Assembly: GCA_963829105.1 (NCBI GenBank) | Contig: CAWHHF010000023.1 | Coordinates: 12,844-76,843 of the forward strand | Reading direction: 5' to 3' | Source: an uncultured Chloroflexia bacterium | GTDB lineage: Bacteria; Chloroflexota; Limnocylindria; Limnocylindrales; CSP1-4 | Length of the DNA stretch: 64,000 nucleotides | Shown here: piece after piece, positions 12,327-22,653 of the stretch | How positions within the stretch are numbered: the first letter of the stretch is position 1 | How the letters are laid out: each line of letters begins with the position of its first letter | The notes under the pieces: generated by a model | What the model saw: only the letters and a program-made list of their open reading frames with translations | Database searches by the model: none | Told to the model about the DNA's origin: nothing | Made by a program: the position numbers and the translations under genes

Positions 12327-12562
12327 GGGCCCAATGGCCCGTGCGGGACCGGACGCCACGAATCCGGGTATCCGCGGGGCGCCACGCCGCAACGCCGCCA
12401 GGACGCCACGCCGACGTGCCGGAACGCCGTCACGCCGCCAGGAACGAGGCGGGCAATCGTCCCGGGCCGGGCGAGCACGGACGGGAGCGGTCGCGGGCGC
12501 GCGGGCCTATGCTCTACGGGACCCTCGCAGCCAGTCGTGGTCGCCCAGCGGAGAGCAGTCCC

Positions 12563-13462
12563 ATGCGTATCGGCTTCATCGGACTCGGACGGATGGGCGC
12601 GAACATGGTGCGACGCCTGCTTCGTGATGGTCACGAGGTCGTGGCCTACAACCGGACGTCCGAGAAGACCCGGGAGATCGCGACGGAGGGCGCCGAGGCC
12701 GCCTTCACGATCGCCGAGCTCGTGGGCAAGCTCGAGAAGCCGCGGGCGGTCTGGGTCATGGTCCCCGCGGGCGATGCGACCCAGGCCCAGATCGACGAGC
12801 TGATGGAGCACCTGGAACCCGGCGACACGATCATCGACGGCGGCAACACGAACTTCCGTGATGACGTCCGGCGCCACGCCGCGCTCAAGGGAAAGGGCAT
12901 CAACTACGTCGATGCCGGCACGTCGGGCGGGATCTGGGGGCTCCAGGTCGGCTACTGCCTGATGACCGGCGGCGAGCCCGAGGCCGTGAAGCCGCTCGAG
13001 CCGATCTTCCTGTCGCTCGCTCCCGAGGGCGGCTACCTGCACGTCGGCGGGCCGGGTGCCGGCCACTACGTGAAGATGGTTCACAACGGGATCGAGTACG
13101 GCCTCATGCAGGCGTACGCCGAAGGCTTCGAGATCATGCACGCGTCGGACTACGACCTGGACCTCGGTGGCATCGCGGAGATGTGGAACCACGGCTCCGT
13201 CGTCCGGTCCTGGCTGCTGGAGCTGGCGGTGCGCGCGTTCGCCGCGCAGGGCAGAGACCTGGAGCACCTCAAGGGTTGGGTTGCCGACTCCGGCGAGGGC
13301 CGCTGGACCGTCCAGGAGGCGATCGACAGGGACGTCGCGGCGCCCGTGATCACGCTCAGCCTGCTGACCCGGTTCCGGTCGCGCCAGGACGACTCCTACG
13401 GCGCCAAGGTGCTGGCCGCGCTCCGCAACGAGTTCGGCGGCCACGCGGTGAAGACGGACTAG
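12563..13462 (+). CDS. gnd: 6-phosphogluconate dehydrogenase, short (YqeC/Gnd-like, ~300 aa) form
   Basis: [20 protein letters not shown]...[11 protein letters not shown]...GTSGGIWG...[25 protein letters not shown]. Confidence 0.85.
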   Translation: MRIGFIGLGRMGANMVRRLLRDGHEVVAYNRTSEKTREIATEGAEAAFTIAELVGKLEKPRAVWVMVPAGDATQAQIDELMEHLEPGDTIIDGGNTNFRDDVRRHAALKGKGINYVDAGTSGGIWGLQVGYCLMTGGEPEAVKPLEPIFLSLAPEGGYLHVGGPGAGHYVKMVHNGIEYGLMQAYAEGFEIMHASDYDLDLGGIAEMWNHGSVVRSWLLELAVRAFAAQGRDLEHLKGWVADSGEGRWTVQEAIDRDVAAPVITLSLLTRFRSRQDDSYGAKVLAALRNEFGGHAVKTD

Positions 13463-13662
13463 CCGTGGCGCCGCGTCGCGCCGCTCTCGGCGCACCTCCC
13501 GTCGCGCCCGCTGAGGCCAGCGCAACCGCGTCCGTTCCGGCCGAGGCCACGGAAACCGCGTCGGCCCCGACCGCGCAGGCGCGGGTCAACATGCCGACCA
13601 CGCCCGCCGCGCCGACTCCTGCCCCCGTGGCTCCCCCGGTGAGGAAGGAGGCCCCGCGCACG

Positions 13663-15246
13663 ATGCGTGACCTGCGCCTCGCCACCGAGAACCGACGGCG
13701 CGCCGTCGCCCCCAAGACCCTCGACAACCCGCTCCGCGAAGGCCTTCGGCTGGAGCGGGTCCCGGACCCGGCCGTCTTCGTCCTGTTCGGCGCCACCGGC
13801 GACCTCGCCCATCGCAAGGTCATCCCCGCGCTGTTCCAGCTCTGGCGCACGCACCTGCTCCCCCACGAGTTCACGCTCGTGGCCGTCGGCCGTCGCGCCT
13901 TCTCGGACGATGACTTCCGGGGTGAGCTCAAGCGGTCGCTGGACATGTTCTCGCGGGTTCAACCGGTGGATCGCGAGGCCTGGGACGACCTCGCCTCGCG
14001 GGTCTTCTACCACCGGGGCGACTTCGCGGATCCCGCGGCCTACGCGTCGCTGGCCGAGCGGCTGGACGGCATGGACCAGGAGCGCGGCACCCGCGGCAAC
14101 CGGCTGTTCTACCTCGCCACCCAGCCGTCCCAGTTCGCCGAGATCGTCGCCCAGCTCGGCCGTGTGGGCCTTGACCACGAGCGCCACGAGGGGGGCTGGC
14201 GTCGTGTCGTCATCGAGAAGCCGTTCGGGCGGGACCTCGACTCCGCGATCCGCCTCAACCGCGAGGTCGGCAAGGTCTTCCGGGAGCGGCAGGTCTACCG
14301 GATCGACCACTACCTGGGCAAGGAGACGGTCAGGAACCTGCTGGTCTTCCGGTTCGGCAACGGCATCTTCGAGCCCATCTGGAACCGCCGGCATATCGAT
14401 CACGTGCAGATCACGGTCGCGGAATCGATCGGGATCGAGAGCCGCGGCGCGTTCTACGAGGAGACCGGCGCCAGTCGCGACTTCCTCCAGAACCACCTGC
14501 TCCAGCTGCTGACCCTGGTGGCGATGGAGCCGCCGGCGACGTTCGAGGCGGACGCGCTCCGCGACGAGAAGGTGAAGGTCATCCGGGCCGTCGGCCGGCT
14601 CACCCCGGAGCAGGCGCGCCGCGACGTCGTGCGCGGGCAGTACGGTCCGGGATGGGTCTCCGCACGGCCGGTTCCGGGGTATCGGGCCGAGCCCGCCGTG
14701 GACCCGGCGTCCGAGACGGAGACCTTCATCGCGGCCCGCCTCACGATCGACGACTGGCGTTGGTCCGGGGTCCCGTTCTACCTGCGGATGGGCAAGCGCC
14801 TGCCGAAGCGTGCGACGGAGATCGCGATCCAGTTCAAGGAGGTCCCGCACCAGCTGTTCCGGGACAGCGCCACGGATCCCGAGCCCAACCTGCTGGCAAT
14901 GCGGATCCAGCCCGACGAGGGGATCATGCTGCGCTTCGGCGCCAAGGTCCCGGGCCTGGGCATCGACGTCCGGAACGTGACCATGGACTTCACCTACGGC
15001 TCCGCGTTCCAGACGGACAGCCCGGACGCCTACGAGACGCTGATCCTGGACGCGCTCCTGGGCGACGCCTCGCTGTTCACCCGGGCGGACGAGGTGGAGG
15101 AGGCGTGGTCCATCGTGGACCCGGTCATCACCGCCTGGGCGGAGGAGCCCGCCCCCGACTTCCCGAACTACGAGGCGGGCAGCTGGGGTCCCGAGGCCGC
15201 GGACGACCTGCTCGCGCGAGAGGCTCGGCGGTGGCGGAGGATCTAG
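13663..15246 (+). CDS. zwf: Glucose-6-phosphate 1-dehydrogenase
   Basis: [29 protein letters not shown] and the EKP motif are present. GAGGAAGGAG lies 12 nt upstream of the ATG at 13663. An alternative ATG exists at 13591. Confidence 0.93.
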   Translation: MRDLRLATENRRRAVAPKTLDNPLREGLRLERVPDPAVFVLFGATGDLAHRKVIPALFQLWRTHLLPHEFTLVAVGRRAFSDDDFRGELKRSLDMFSRVQPVDREAWDDLASRVFYHRGDFADPAAYASLAERLDGMDQERGTRGNRLFYLATQPSQFAEIVAQLGRVGLDHERHEGGWRRVVIEKPFGRDLDSAIRLNREVGKVFRERQVYRIDHYLGKETVRNLLVFRFGNGIFEPIWNRRHIDHVQITVAESIGIESRGAFYEETGASRDFLQNHLLQLLTLVAMEPPATFEADALRDEKVKVIRAVGRLTPEQARRDVVRGQYGPGWVSARPVPGYRAEPAVDPASETETFIAARLTIDDWRWSGVPFYLRMGKRLPKRATEIAIQFKEVPHQLFRDSATDPEPNLLAMRIQPDEGIMLRFGAKVPGLGIDVRNVTMDFTYGSAFQTDSPDAYETLILDALLGDASLFTRADEVEEAWSIVDPVITAWAEEPAPDFPNYEAGSWGPEAADDLLAREARRWRRI

Positions 15247-15353
15247 GCCGCCCCGTCGGGGCGCCGCAGCCGGGCGACATCATCGCCGTCGGGACGAGAG
15301 CGAGCGGCGACGGGCGGATCGAGCCGATCGAGGAGGCGCAACCCGGCGAGCCC

Positions 15354-16628
15354 ATGCTCCGCTGGCTGTCGCACGCGCACACCATCGACGAGATCGAGAA
15401 GGAGCTGGGACGGATCTGGGCCCAGCCCAACCTGGTGGTCGACGGGGAGGGCGAGCCGCGCGGCCGCCACGTCGCAGCGCGGACGAGCGTGATGAACCTC
15501 GTGGTGCTGGCGCACCAGCCCGAGGTGGGCGAGAGCGCGGCCGAGGCGATCAGCCGCCTGACCGGCCGCCACCCGAGCCGGACGATGATCGTCCTGTCCG
15601 CGGACCCGGACGGGCCGCCCTGGCTGGACGCGCGGATCCAGGCTCACTGCGTGCTGCCCAGGCCGGACGCACCCGAGATCTGCTCCGAGCTGATCTACCT
15701 GACGGCCGGCGGGGAGACCGGCCGCCACCTGACCGCGCTCGTCGCTCCGCTGCTCATCCACGACCTGCCCGTGACGACATGGTGGCCGGGCGAGCCGTCC
15801 CTGGGATCTGAGCCGACGGACGACGTGCTGGAGCTCACGGACCGCCTGGTCGTGGATGGCTCCGGCTGGTCGGGCGACGGCCTGGCCCGTCTCCGCCAGC
15901 TGGCGCGCCTGTTCGACCTGCACGAGCGCATCGCGATCCGCGACTTCGCGTTGTCCCGCCAGTCGCGCTGGCGCGAGGCGATCGCCACCGTCTTCGACCT
16001 GCCCGACTTCCTGCCGTATCTCACGCACGTCCGCAGGATCGCGGTGACGTACGGCACGCACGACGAGACGGGAGCGCCGGGCACGACCAACGTGGTGAAG
16101 CCGCTCTACCACGCCGCCTGGCTGGCGTCCCGCCTGGGGATGCGGGTCGTCGCGCCGCTGGCGCCGGTCGAGGCGAAGGGCCGCGGCGGAGCGGTGGGCG
16201 GTCGGCTGCGGCCGGGGGAGAAGACGCCGCTTCACCGGGGCCTGGCGGCGCGCCTCCGGAGCGGATCCGCGGACGTGAGCGTGGTGATCCGGCCGATCGC
16301 CTCGACGATGCCCCCGGGCACGACGCTCCGGGTGGAGCTGCTCGCCGAACGGCGCGGCTCGGAGCTGCGCGCCGACGTCACGGCCCACGCCGAGGACGTC
16401 CACGTGCGCGCCTGGCTGGACGGCGTCGAGGCCCTCGACCGGACGTTCAAGGCGCCGCGCCGGAGCGAGGTTGACCTGCTCGCCGAGGCCCTGGAGGCGG
16501 GCGGGCGCGATCCGCTGGCCACCGAGACGATCCGGATGGCGGCCCGGCTGGCCGGTTCGGTCGCCGCGGGGCGAGCCCGGGCACCCGCCGATGACGGGGC
16601 CGCCGAGAGCGGCGCGCATCCCGATTGA
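15354..16628 (+). CDS. opcA: Glucose-6-phosphate dehydrogenase assembly protein OpcA
   Basis: It sits directly after zwf. The sequence IEKELGRIWAQ...ARTSVMNLVVLA...LIHDLPVTTWWPGEP is typical OpcA. The start position is approximate. Confidence 0.85.
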   Translation: MLRWLSHAHTIDEIEKELGRIWAQPNLVVDGEGEPRGRHVAARTSVMNLVVLAHQPEVGESAAEAISRLTGRHPSRTMIVLSADPDGPPWLDARIQAHCVLPRPDAPEICSELIYLTAGGETGRHLTALVAPLLIHDLPVTTWWPGEPSLGSEPTDDVLELTDRLVVDGSGWSGDGLARLRQLARLFDLHERIAIRDFALSRQSRWREAIATVFDLPDFLPYLTHVRRIAVTYGTHDETGAPGTTNVVKPLYHAAWLASRLGMRVVAPLAPVEAKGRGGAVGGRLRPGEKTPLHRGLAARLRSGSADVSVVIRPIASTMPPGTTLRVELLAERRGSELRADVTAHAEDVHVRAWLDGVEALDRTFKAPRRSEVDLLAEALEAGGRDPLATETIRMAARLAGSVAAGRARAPADDGAAESGAHPD

Positions 16629-16697
16629 CCACCCCCCGGGACCGGCCCCGTCGACCGACCCGACACCCTGCCGAGGAGGCCCAGGAGGCCCGCACCC

Positions 16698-17576
16698 ATG
16701 ACCGCCGAGAAGACCCCCGATGATCGCCCGAGGAGGCCCGCACCGATGACCGTCCAGCGACCTCGCCGCCTGCCGATCGTGCGCGTCCTGCCGACCCCGG
16801 ATGCCGCGTCCGAGGCTGCCGCCACGGAGATCGTCGGCGCCCTCGTCGCCGCGATCGGCGAGCGCGGCGTCGCCCATTGGTCAACCACGGGTGGCTCGGC
16901 ATGCCCCGGGATCTACCGGCACCTCCGGGTGCCTCCGCTGCGCGACCTCGTGGACTGGTCGCGCGTCCACGTCTGGTGGAGCGACGACCGCTTCGTGCCG
17001 GCCGACGACCCGCTCTCGAACGTGCTGCCGCTTGAGGAGCTGCTGCTGGCGGCCGATGGCGACCGGGGTGAGACGCCGGCAGCCGCCGGCGACCTCGGCG
17101 GGATCCGGATCCCGGCCGCCAACCTGCACCCGGTGCCGGTCGCCGAGGCCATCGAGGCCGGCGAGGGTCCGGCCGGCGCGGCGGCGGCCTACGAGACGTC
17201 CCTGCTGCTCGAGGGTCCCGGGCGGAACGAGGACGGGGTGCCGGTGTTCGACATCCTCCTTTTGGGCGTTGGCCCCGATGGCCACGTGATGTCGGTCTTC
17301 CCCGGGTCGACGGCCTGGGACGAGGGCGCGCTCGTCCTCGCCGTCCCGGCCCCGACGCACGTGGAGCCCCACGTGGAGCGCGTGACCATGCACCCCGACG
17401 TGGTGGCTGCCGCGAGGTCCGTCCTGGTCGTGTCGACGGGAGCGTCGAAGGCCGCGGTCCTGGGGCGGGCCTGGGGCGGGGACGACGTCCGCGAGCTGCC
17501 GGTGCGCCTGACGATGGCGACGAACTCGACCTGGATCCTGGATGACGCGGCGGCGGCCGACCTCCCACGCGAGTAG
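16698..17576 (+). CDS. pgl: 6-phosphogluconolactonase
   Basis: WSRVHVWWSDDRFVPADDPLSN and LLLGVGPDGHVMSVFPGS motifs. It follows opcA. Confidence 0.9.
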   Translation: MTAEKTPDDRPRRPAPMTVQRPRRLPIVRVLPTPDAASEAAATEIVGALVAAIGERGVAHWSTTGGSACPGIYRHLRVPPLRDLVDWSRVHVWWSDDRFVPADDPLSNVLPLEELLLAADGDRGETPAAAGDLGGIRIPAANLHPVPVAEAIEAGEGPAGAAAAYETSLLLEGPGRNEDGVPVFDILLLGVGPDGHVMSVFPGSTAWDEGALVLAVPAPTHVEPHVERVTMHPDVVAAARSVLVVSTGASKAAVLGRAWGGDDVRELPVRLTMATNSTWILDDAAAADLPRE

Positions 17577-17635
17577 GGGCGAGCAGCCGCGGGGAGCGGC
17601 CCACGGGGACCGGGCGAGACGGCTACCATCCGTCC

Positions 17636-18754
17636 ATGACTGAGCCCGCCTCGGCGCCTGCCGACACCCGTCCCTATTCCCCCGGCCTCGAGGGCGTCAT
17701 CGCCGGCGAGACCACCCTCTCCTTCATCGACGGCGAGGCCGGCCGCCTGCTCTACCGCGGATATCCCATCGGCGAGCTGGTCAAGGGCGGGTCCTACGCC
17801 GCGATCACCGAGCTCCTCTGGACCGGCGAGTGGAACCCGGCGGCGAAGCTCCCGTGTCTGCCGGTGCCGGACGCCGTGATGACCGCCCTCCGCGCGCTGC
17901 CGCACGACGCCAAGCCGATGGACGCGCTGCGCACCGCGGTCTCCGTCTGGGGCGCCGTGAACAGCCCTGCCTGGCCGCCGACGGCCGACCAGGCACGCGC
18001 GCTCACCGCCTTCTCCCCGTCTGCGCTCGCGGCGTTCGCCCGGATCCGCCAGGGCCTGGAGCCGGTGGCACCGGATCCTGACCTGGATCTCGTCGCGGGC
18101 TTCCTCTACCAGGTGAACGGCGAGAAGCCGGATGCCGCCACCGCCCGGGCGCTCGACGCCTACTTCATCGTCGGCGCCGAGCACGGTTTCAACGCCTCCA
18201 CGTTCACCTGCCGGGTCATCACCTCCACCCGTTCCGACATCGCGTCCGCGGTGTGTGGCGCGATCGGTGCGATGAAGGGCCCGCTCCACGGCGGCGCGCC
18301 GTCCGAGGTCGTGGAGCAGATCCACCAGGTCGGCACGCCCGACAAGGCCGAGGCCTGGGTGCGCGACGCGATCGACCGCCGGGAGCGACTGATGGGGTTC
18401 GGCCATCGCGTCTACCGGGCATACGACCCGCGGGCGAAGGCGCTGCGGGAGGTCGCCGAGGGGATGGATCACCGGCCGGAATGGCTGGAGCTCGCCATCG
18501 CCGTGGAGGACGTCGCGCTCCGGGTGCTCGCCGAGAAGTACCCGGACCGTCCACTGATGACGAACGTCGAGTACTACGCCGCGCCCGTGCTGATGGGCGT
18601 GGGCCTGACGCCGGACCTGTTCCCGGCCACGTTCGCGCTCACGCGTCACGCCGGGTGGACCGCCCACGCCATCGAGCAGGGCGCCAACAACCGGCTCATC
18701 CGCCCGGACGTGAGGTACACCGGCTACCCGGAGCGCCACCTGCCGGTGGCGTAG
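17636..18754 (+). CDS. Citrate synthase (small, ~370 aa type; citrate/2-methylcitrate synthase family)
   Basis: SPGLEGVIAGETTLSFIDGEAGRLLYRGYPI, GPLHGGA and GFGHRVYRAYDPRA motifs. Confidence 0.9.
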   Translation: MTEPASAPADTRPYSPGLEGVIAGETTLSFIDGEAGRLLYRGYPIGELVKGGSYAAITELLWTGEWNPAAKLPCLPVPDAVMTALRALPHDAKPMDALRTAVSVWGAVNSPAWPPTADQARALTAFSPSALAAFARIRQGLEPVAPDPDLDLVAGFLYQVNGEKPDAATARALDAYFIVGAEHGFNASTFTCRVITSTRSDIASAVCGAIGAMKGPLHGGAPSEVVEQIHQVGTPDKAEAWVRDAIDRRERLMGFGHRVYRAYDPRAKALREVAEGMDHRPEWLELAIAVEDVALRVLAEKYPDRPLMTNVEYYAAPVLMGVGLTPDLFPATFALTRHAGWTAHAIEQGANNRLIRPDVRYTGYPERHLPVA

Positions 18755-18797
18755 CCGCTCGAGCCCCCTCGGGCAGGGTCGGGTGTCCTCGGCCGGG

Positions 18798-20078
18798 TCA
18801 GGTGTCCTCGGCCTGGAGCGCGGCGACACGTTCGCGCGCCGGGATGGCGCCCCCGGCACCACTCGCCCGGCCCAGCCGCTGTCGGGCCACGACGGCCGCC
18901 CCGACGAAGAACACCACGCCCCCGGCGATGAACGGCAGCGCCGGCCCGCCGACCGCGGCCATCGCCCCGCCGACCGCCGGCCCGATGATCCCCGCGACGT
19001 ACAGCGGCAGGTACACCAGGTTCAGGGTCGCGGACCGGCGCTCCGGGGGCACCTCCGTGGCGAGCAGCGAGAACACCATCGCACCGGTCGTGGATGCCGC
19101 GAAAGACAGCGCGACGGCCGCCAGCGCCAGGGGGCCCAGCGCGGGCATCAGGGGCATCGTGATGCTCGCCACCCCGCCGATCGCGAGCGCGCCCAGCAGC
19201 ACCCGCCGGAAGCCCCCGCGGTCGCCCAGCCAGCCCGCGCCCGGGGACGCGAGCGCGCCCACCAGCGACGCGACGCCCATGACCAGCCCGATCGCGGACG
19301 CCAGGCCCACTCCCGTCCCCACCAGGTCCTCCACCAGGATGGGCGTGTACGGCCGCGACACCTGGGTGGCGAGGAACACCACGCCGTACACCATGAACAG
19401 GCGCCGCACGTCCGGGTCGCCGAGCACGCCCCGCACCGCGCCGAACGCGAGACGGAGCACGGGCCCCACGGGAATGACCTCCGGGCGGACCTCGCGCGTG
19501 CCCAGCGACACCAGGAGCGCCGTCCCGATCGAGAAGACCGCCGAGAGGGCGAACACGCCCGAGACGGACCAGCCGGCCCCGTCGATGAGCACGGCCGCGA
19601 GCACCGGGCCGACCGCAAACCCGACGGGGCCTGCCGCGCCGAACAGGGCGATCGACGTCCCCACCCTGTGGCGCGGCACGGCGTCCCGGATCCCGGCCAG
19701 CATCACCCCCGTGTTCCCGAGCTGGAACCCGATCAGCAGCACCGCCACCGCCATCTGCCACGGCTCCCGGGCGAGCGCCGCCAGCCCGAACACCACCACC
19801 TCCACGAGGCAGCTGCGGACGATGACGACCTTGCGGCTGTACTTGTCGGCCCAGACCCCCCAGAGCGGGACGAGGGGCAGGCCGAGGACGAACACCAGCG
19901 ACCCGAACAGGCCGACGAACGGGAGCCGGTCGGCTTCGGGGACGCCGAGCTCGCGCAGGTAGGTGGGCAGCAGCGCGAACACCTGGCTCACACCCATGCT
20001 CTCGACGAGCTGGGTGACCCAGAAGACCGCGAGGATGACGTGCCAGCGTGGGTCGGGTCGTCGGGCGGGAATCGTCAC
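18798..20078 (-). CDS. MFS transporter
   Basis: About 12 predicted TM segments, with WGVWADKYSRKVVIV (an MFS loop 2-3-like motif). The GTG start at 20078 was chosen because the upstream part of the 500 aa ORF is Arg/Pro-rich and overlaps a tandem repeat. Confidence 0.75.
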   Translation of the reverse strand: MTIPARRPDPRWHVILAVFWVTQLVESMGVSQVFALLPTYLRELGVPEADRLPFVGLFGSLVFVLGLPLVPLWGVWADKYSRKVVIVRSCLVEVVVFGLAALAREPWQMAVAVLLIGFQLGNTGVMLAGIRDAVPRHRVGTSIALFGAAGPVGFAVGPVLAAVLIDGAGWSVSGVFALSAVFSIGTALLVSLGTREVRPEVIPVGPVLRLAFGAVRGVLGDPDVRRLFMVYGVVFLATQVSRPYTPILVEDLVGTGVGLASAIGLVMGVASLVGALASPGAGWLGDRGGFRRVLLGALAIGGVASITMPLMPALGPLALAAVALSFAASTTGAMVFSLLATEVPPERRSATLNLVYLPLYVAGIIGPAVGGAMAAVGGPALPFIAGGVVFFVGAAVVARQRLGRASGAGGAIPARERVAALQAEDT

Positions 20079-20100
20079 GCGGTCACCGTACACGAGCCGG

Positions 20101-20160
20101 CGGGTGGGGCGGCCCGCAGCCGGGTGGGGCGGCCCGCAGCCTGGTGGGGCGGCCCGCAGC
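20101..20160. repeat. 3 x 20 bp tandem repeat in the divergent MFS/LCP promoter spacer
   Basis: cgggtggggcggcccgcagc occurs twice exactly, then once as ctggtggggcggcccgcagc. Confidence 0.9.
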
Positions 20161-20233
20161 CGACGGCGTCGGCACCGGAGCGGCCCCGCACGAAGTTTGC
20201 GCGATCCCACGACCGGCGGCATCCTAGCGGGCG

Positions 20234-21937
20234 ATGCCTGACACCGATCCCGTCCTCCGGGACACTCCCGACGGGCCCGATCGGGCGCCCCGCCCCGCAT
20301 CTGCCTCGCGGCTCTTCCTGCTCACGGCAGTCTGGCCGGGTCTCGGCCACCTCGCGGCCGGCCGCCGCCGCTTCGCCGCCATCCTGGGCCTGCCGCCGTT
20401 GATCGTGCTGCTCGTGATCGGCGGCGCGGCGCTCGTCGCCGTCCTGGCGGGCACGACGACCTCGTTCGCTGCCCGCCTGTTCGACCCCGCCCTCCTCGGG
20501 GCGCTGCTCGCGCTGCAGGCCGTCTTCCTGCTGTGGCGACTCGCGGCGCTCGGCCTGGTCGGCTCGATCGCGACCTTCCGGCCGGTGCTCGCCAGCTCGC
20601 TGGCGGTGATCGTGGCGGTCGTCATCGTGGTCGGGCCGCAGCTCTGGGCGGCGAACCTCACCGCGGACGCACGCGACGCCGCCCTGACCGTGTTCGAGCC
20701 GGTGGACTCGGGCGGCGCCTGGGTGCCGGACCAGTCCGCTCCGCCCGTCGAACCCAACGACCCGGACTTCGGCATCGAGGCCTCGCCGTCGCCCTCCACC
20801 TCCACGTCCGCCTCGGCATCGGCCTCCGCCTCGCCGTCCACGCTGCCGTCGGCCACGCCGGGAGTCCCCCGCGTCAACGTCCTGCTCATCGGCACGGACT
20901 CCGGCGTCGGGCGGAACACCGCGCTGACGGACACGATGATCGTCGCCTCGCTGGACCCCGTCGGCAAGACCGTGTCCATGGTCTCCGTCCCGCGCGACAC
21001 GGTGGACGTGCCGCTCCCGGACGGTCGCACCTTCAAGGCCAAGATCAACAGCCTCGTGTCGTACGTCCGCTGGCATCCCGCCAAGTTCCCGGGTGCCAAG
21101 GACGGCCAGTCGGTGCTCACCGCCGCCCTCGGGGAGCTGCTCGGCCTCAAGATCGACATGTGGGCACAGGTGAACCTCGGCGGGTTCGTCCACCTCGTGG
21201 ATTCCGTCGGGGGCGTCACCGTCAACGTCACCGACACGTTCTGCGACCCGACGTACCACGCGTACGGCGTCGACGGCTTCGGCGTCTCTCCCGGGCGCTA
21301 CCACATGAACGGCAACCAGGCCCTCGCCTACGCCCGGATCCGGTATGCCGTGGGCGAGAGCGACTTCACCCGCGCCGCACGCCAGCAGGAGCTCATCGCG
21401 GCGCTGCGCGACCGGCTCGTGGCGGGCGCGTTCCTGGACCACCCGAGCGCGTTCCTCAAGTCGCTGGGCCAGACGATCTCGACCAACATCAAGCCGTCGT
21501 TCCTGGCGGACTACATCGACATCGCCGCTTCCGTCTCGCGCAAGGACGTCTTCCGCGTCGTGATCAACCACCCGCTGGTGAAGGGCACCACCGACGCGCG
21601 CGGCTCCATCCAGGTCCCGAACCTCAAGAGGATCAGGGACATGGCCGCCGACCTGTTCACCCCGACCGGGGTCCGGCCCAAGGGGTTCGACACGATGCCT
21701 TCGGCCGGGAGCGGCAGCACGAAGCGGGCCGCGTCGGCCACGAACTGCGGGGTCAAGGCGACACCGAAGCCGACGCCCAGGCCCACGGCCAAGCCGACCC
21801 CGAAGCCGACGCCGAAGCCGACCACCGGTCCCACGGCGGAGCCGACGCCCAAGCCGACGCCGAAACCCACGCCCAAGCCGGAGCCGACGCCGTCGGAGAC
21901 ACCGCCGCCCGACCAGGCGACGCCGTCTCCAGGGTGA
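20234..21937 (+). CDS. LCP (LytR-CpsA-Psr) family cell-envelope phosphotransferase with a Pro/Thr/Lys-rich tail
   Basis: N-terminal TM segments, then VNVLLIGTDSG...DTMIVASLDP...MVSVPRDT...NGNQALAYARIRY...DFTRAARQQ. The C-terminus is KPTPRPTAKPTPKPTPKPTTGPTAEPTPKPTPKPTPKPEPTP. Confidence 0.85.
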   Translation: MPDTDPVLRDTPDGPDRAPRPASASRLFLLTAVWPGLGHLAAGRRRFAAILGLPPLIVLLVIGGAALVAVLAGTTTSFAARLFDPALLGALLALQAVFLLWRLAALGLVGSIATFRPVLASSLAVIVAVVIVVGPQLWAANLTADARDAALTVFEPVDSGGAWVPDQSAPPVEPNDPDFGIEASPSPSTSTSASASASASPSTLPSATPGVPRVNVLLIGTDSGVGRNTALTDTMIVASLDPVGKTVSMVSVPRDTVDVPLPDGRTFKAKINSLVSYVRWHPAKFPGAKDGQSVLTAALGELLGLKIDMWAQVNLGGFVHLVDSVGGVTVNVTDTFCDPTYHAYGVDGFGVSPGRYHMNGNQALAYARIRYAVGESDFTRAARQQELIAALRDRLVAGAFLDHPSAFLKSLGQTISTNIKPSFLADYIDIAASVSRKDVFRVVINHPLVKGTTDARGSIQVPNLKRIRDMAADLFTPTGVRPKGFDTMPSAGSGSTKRAASATNCGVKATPKPTPRPTAKPTPKPTPKPTTGPTAEPTPKPTPKPTPKPEPTPSETPPPDQATPSPG

Positions 21938-22019
21938 CCAGGGGCCGATCCTGGTCGGCCAAGCGGGGCGGAACCGGGAGCGTGACCTCATCCCGGATGC
22001 CTGGCCTCATGATGCTCAG

Positions 22020-22574
22020 ATGGCCGGCCCCGTCCCGATAGCCCTCGCGGACCCCTGCCTCGTCGTACTCGTCGGGGCGGCCGGCTCCGGGAAGTCCACG
22101 TTCGCCGCCCGGCACTTCCCGCCGGGTGAGGTCCTCTCCTCGGATGCGTTCCGGGAGCAGATCTCGGGAAGCGCCGGCGACCAGCGTGCGACCGGCCCGG
22201 CCTTCGCTGCCCTCCACCGGACGCTCGAGGTCCGCCTCGGCGCCGGGCTCACGACCGTCGTGGATGCCACGAACGTGACGGCCAGGGCCCGCCGGGCGCT
22301 GGTGCGGCGGGCCCGCCGGGCAGGGATCCCCGCCGTCGCGATCATCCTGGACCTGCCGGACGGGACGGTGCGGGCCCGGAACCGCGCCCGGGGCGCGTCT
22401 GCCGTGCCGGAGCCCGCGGTCCGGCGACAGCTGGCGGAGCTGCGGGCGGCCCGCCCCGACGGGTCCCTCAAGATGGAGGGGTTCGCGCTCGTCGTCCGGC
22501 TGACGGAACCGGCGGAGGTGGACGCCGTCGTGGTCTCGCGCGGGGACGCCGGGCGGGAGGGCGCAGCGCCCTGA
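22020..22574 (+). CDS. P-loop kinase (AAA_33 / polynucleotide-kinase-like)
   Basis: Walker A VVLVGAAGSGKST, then VVDATN and a short ~180 aa length, as in the zeta-toxin/PNK kinase fold. Confidence 0.6.
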   Translation: MAGPVPIALADPCLVVLVGAAGSGKSTFAARHFPPGEVLSSDAFREQISGSAGDQRATGPAFAALHRTLEVRLGAGLTTVVDATNVTARARRALVRRARRAGIPAVAIILDLPDGTVRARNRARGASAVPEPAVRRQLAELRAARPDGSLKMEGFALVVRLTEPAEVDAVVVSRGDAGREGAAP

Positions 22575-22653
22575 CCGGCCTTGGCCCGGCGCCACGCGGG
22601 CCAACGTGCCCGGGGCCCCGTCCGGGTGGTGTCGGGCCGGGGAGCAACCCGGG

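Noticed and set aside
20101-20160. Possibility that the tandem repeats (also 27822..27893, 37491..37612 and 47548..47667) are CRISPR arrays
   Set aside because: The units abut directly with no unique spacers, the periods are 18-42 bp, there are at most 4 copies, and no cas genes are present.
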